DNA of 64,000 nucleotides from Camelus ferus (taxonomy: Eukaryota): positions 100,380,001 to 100,444,000 of the forward strand of contig NC_045697.1 of assembly GCF_009834535.1 (NCBI RefSeq), given 5' to 3'. The notes below the pieces were generated by a model. That model had not been told where the DNA came from. It made no database searches and saw only the letters and a list, made by a program, of their open reading frames with translations. Within the stretch, counting starts at the first letter, position 1, and every line of letters begins with the position of its first letter. This document shows, piece by piece, positions 61,456-64,000 of the stretch. The position numbers and the translations under genes were made by a program.

Positions 61456-63564
61456 ACTGGGAGGATGAACTTTTCAAATCAGACTTTTACGGGTAGTTGA
61501 AAATTTAGTTTGCCCCCAACTGGGAAAAGAAAAAATTAGCCTGTAAAACAGGAGTACAGAAAAAATTTTAACATAAAAAACTTGCTAAATGTGTCATGCT
61601 CTATTGTACAACAGAGCAAAATGAGATGAGCGTATTAGTGGCAGTTGAGACAAATGGCTTTTCAAATGCAGTTTTTTTATGAGAGTAATTTAGGAAGTGC
61701 CGTGTAAGAGTCATTAAGTACAAAATCCCATAACCGTCAATGTGAGTTGTATTCTGTTTTTGTTTGGCTCGCTGAGTGACGTAGCATTCCTTAAATCTGA
61801 TAAAGAAACTCTTTTGGAGGCTAAAAAGAGAGGGCATTAAAACATACTCTCCAGGCAGCACCGGGTTTCCTGGGAAAGGGGGTCCCTAAAACAACCTTTG
61901 CCTGCCTCACTGAGGAGACAGGGAGAAATCAGAGGAAGCCTTTGCTTCCAACCCGTGATGGAATAAAATCAAGAACCTCCTGTGAGCCAGCCGCCCGCTG
62001 CCCCTGGGAAAATCAAGAGTGTGGGCAGGAGTAGTGAGCTGGTGGGAGATGATTCCAAGCAGGGAGGCAGGAGCCAGAAATGCAGCTTGAATCATCTGAC
62101 TGTGAAAAAAGGAAAGATGAGCCCCAGCGCAGCTGTGGCTTGAAGTCTCCGGCGGGATGACATCAGTTGTTGTTTTGGGATGGACTGAAAAGGCAAAAAA
62201 AAAAAAAAAAAAGAAAGGCAAAAATAGGCCTCTTTCCCCCTCGCCTCTCTCTGCTGGCCTGAAAAGTTACGGTGTATGAAGTGGGACCCTTTGTAAGTAC
62301 TTGTAGGAAGGTCTCACCAACTCCAGGGGATTTAAAAACCAACAAAACACACTCTAAATCCAAGATCTTGGGGGAAGAACATTTTTGCGGGTCCCTGTTT
62401 ATGGGATACACGATACCTGGTACCGTGTGGCCAATTTAACCTGGCCGGATACTTCCTATGTGTGACTCACTTACGTGCATTTTAAGTTTAATCACATGAC
62501 TTGCCCTCAGAATTAAGCCCCAACCCTTCATGCTCATTGTCTACCAGCATCCTTCTCATTCTTTTAGCAGTACTTCTCCAACCCTGCACAGAAAGAGATG
62601 GCCACATGGTCGAATCTTCCCGCAATTCTTTCATAGAAATTTTCTCTGGTAGCCGCTTAGTTCCTCTGACAACTGGCCATGGTTGTCTCAACTCTAAGCC
62701 TTTGCTCCTGAGTGTGTTTTCATCTGGGTTTCCAGTTGTCCCTCGGGATTCTGCCACATTGAGCTGGGCTTCTTACCGTTTGGGTCGAGTCACCCTTCCC
62801 TAGTCTTCCTCAGCCCTACCCCGCTCACACGAGTGACCCCTTCTCTGTACTGTAGCCTCCACACCGCCCTCCGACCACTGTCTCTGCCCTCCTCTGGTGC
62901 TGCGCATTTTCTCCAGGCCATTCTGGTCTCCTTGGCTGCAGATTCCATTGTATCCATCACAGAGTTTTATTTGTTTTTATGGAATTTTTATGTGCTGTGT
63001 GGCAACATCTGTGATGTTTTATGGGTGAGTGTGTGTGTGTGTATTCACATGCTAGAATAGGAAAGACATTTCCTTTTTGTCTTTTTCTCATTCCAAAGCA
63101 ATATGCTTTATTCACTCTTGCCCCTACTCTTGGCAGAAACATCAGTGAACCACCACGAGTAACCCCATTGCCCTATCAGGGGCTGTCGTGGACCGACCCC
63201 CTCCGGTCTTGCACCATCCTCTGTGCTGCTCCTCTGCTTGCATAACCCCAGCTGGGACTTGGGGTGGACACAGCTGGCTCAGTGATTGCATGGGGTCGGC
63301 AGAATGGGCTGCGTACCCCATCAGTGTCGAGCACTCAAGATGGGCTGGGGCGGAGGAAGAATTTCCGGTTAGGAAAACATGAGCTGATAATTCACCATTC
63401 TTCTATGTGTAATGAGGTCAAATCCATGTAAATGTCATGTCATCCAGTTTATGGGATTGTATTCATTTGTTCATTCATTCGCTCAGTTCTTCATTCATTA
63501 ACTCATCTGTCATATACTGGGATCTTGTCTGTGTGAATACATTCAGGAGGGAGGTGTAGAAATT

Positions 63565-64000
63565 ATCTGTTGCCATCACAATGCTGCACTGCAACTAACC
63601 AGAAAACCTAGTAGCGTACAACCACAACCATATAAGCTTTTATTTAATGCATGAGTCTGTGAGCCAGAGGGGTGGGTTTTCTTGTCTGAGCCAGGCTTGA
63701 CTGGTCTCAGTGGAGCTCACTCATTTATCTGTCATTAGCTGGTGGTTCAACAGGGGACCAGATGGTCTAGGATGGCCTTGGCCAAGACAGGTGAGATAGC
63801 TTGGATTTCGTTCATATGGTCTCTCCTCCTTCAGCAGGCTTACCTGGCCTTGACCACATGATGGTGAGGACCCAAGACAATGATGGGAATGGACAAGACC
63901 TCTTGAGTCACGGCCTCAGAAATGGCACAAAGCCCCTTCTGTCCTACTCAATTGGCCAAAAGAGTCTAAAGGAGAGCTCAGGTTCAAGGTAGCCATGGAA
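63565..64000 (-). mobile_element. MaLR LTR (MLT1H-like), truncated by the window edge
   Basis: gagctcactcatttatctgtcattagctgg ... tggtctaggatggccttggc ... ctccttcagcaggcttacctggcctt ... ctcagaaatggcac. Confidence 0.82.

Noticed and set aside
1..64000. ORF-track entries as protein-coding genes
   Set aside because: All are short (under 150 aa) and many start at GTG/TTG, which is not meaningful for mammalian DNA. Many lie in repeats, and none resembles a protein I recognise except L1 ORF2 remnants.
1..64000. Prokaryote-style systems (CRISPR arrays, operons, defence islands, retrons)
   Set aside because: The sequence is plainly mammalian. I saw no regularly spaced repeat-spacer arrays and no gene-dense blocks.

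Overview
This window is mammalian non-coding DNA, AT-rich and dense in repeats. It is most likely camelid (camel, llama or alpaca): it has two tRNA-Ala-derived Vic-1-type SINEs and cetartiodactyl-type L1 3' ends, and I saw no Alu, Bov-tA/BovB, PRE1 or Can-SINE. I cannot support any intact protein-coding gene or RNA gene. The only recognisable protein homology is decayed LINE-1 ORF2 (endonuclease at 811-1015, C-terminal region at about 47800-49380). Much of the window is interspersed repeat: L1, L2, CR1/L3, MIR, MaLR/ERVL/ERV1 LTRs and DNA transposons (MER82, MER8, MER5, MER20, MER53, MADE2), several of them nested. The unique stretches between repeats carry transcription-factor motif clusters and a few exon-like splice signals, as expected in a gene desert or large intron. 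I found no convincing new biological system. The best oddities are an L1 flanked by an unusually long (38-50 bp) duplication, a MER53 hairpin with an extra inverted copy of its end, a triple nested CpG-rich LTR block, three alternating-orientation young L1 3' ends, and candidate enhancers and micro-exons. Repeat family names come from recalled consensus sequences rather than a RepeatMasker run, and most boundaries are approximate.
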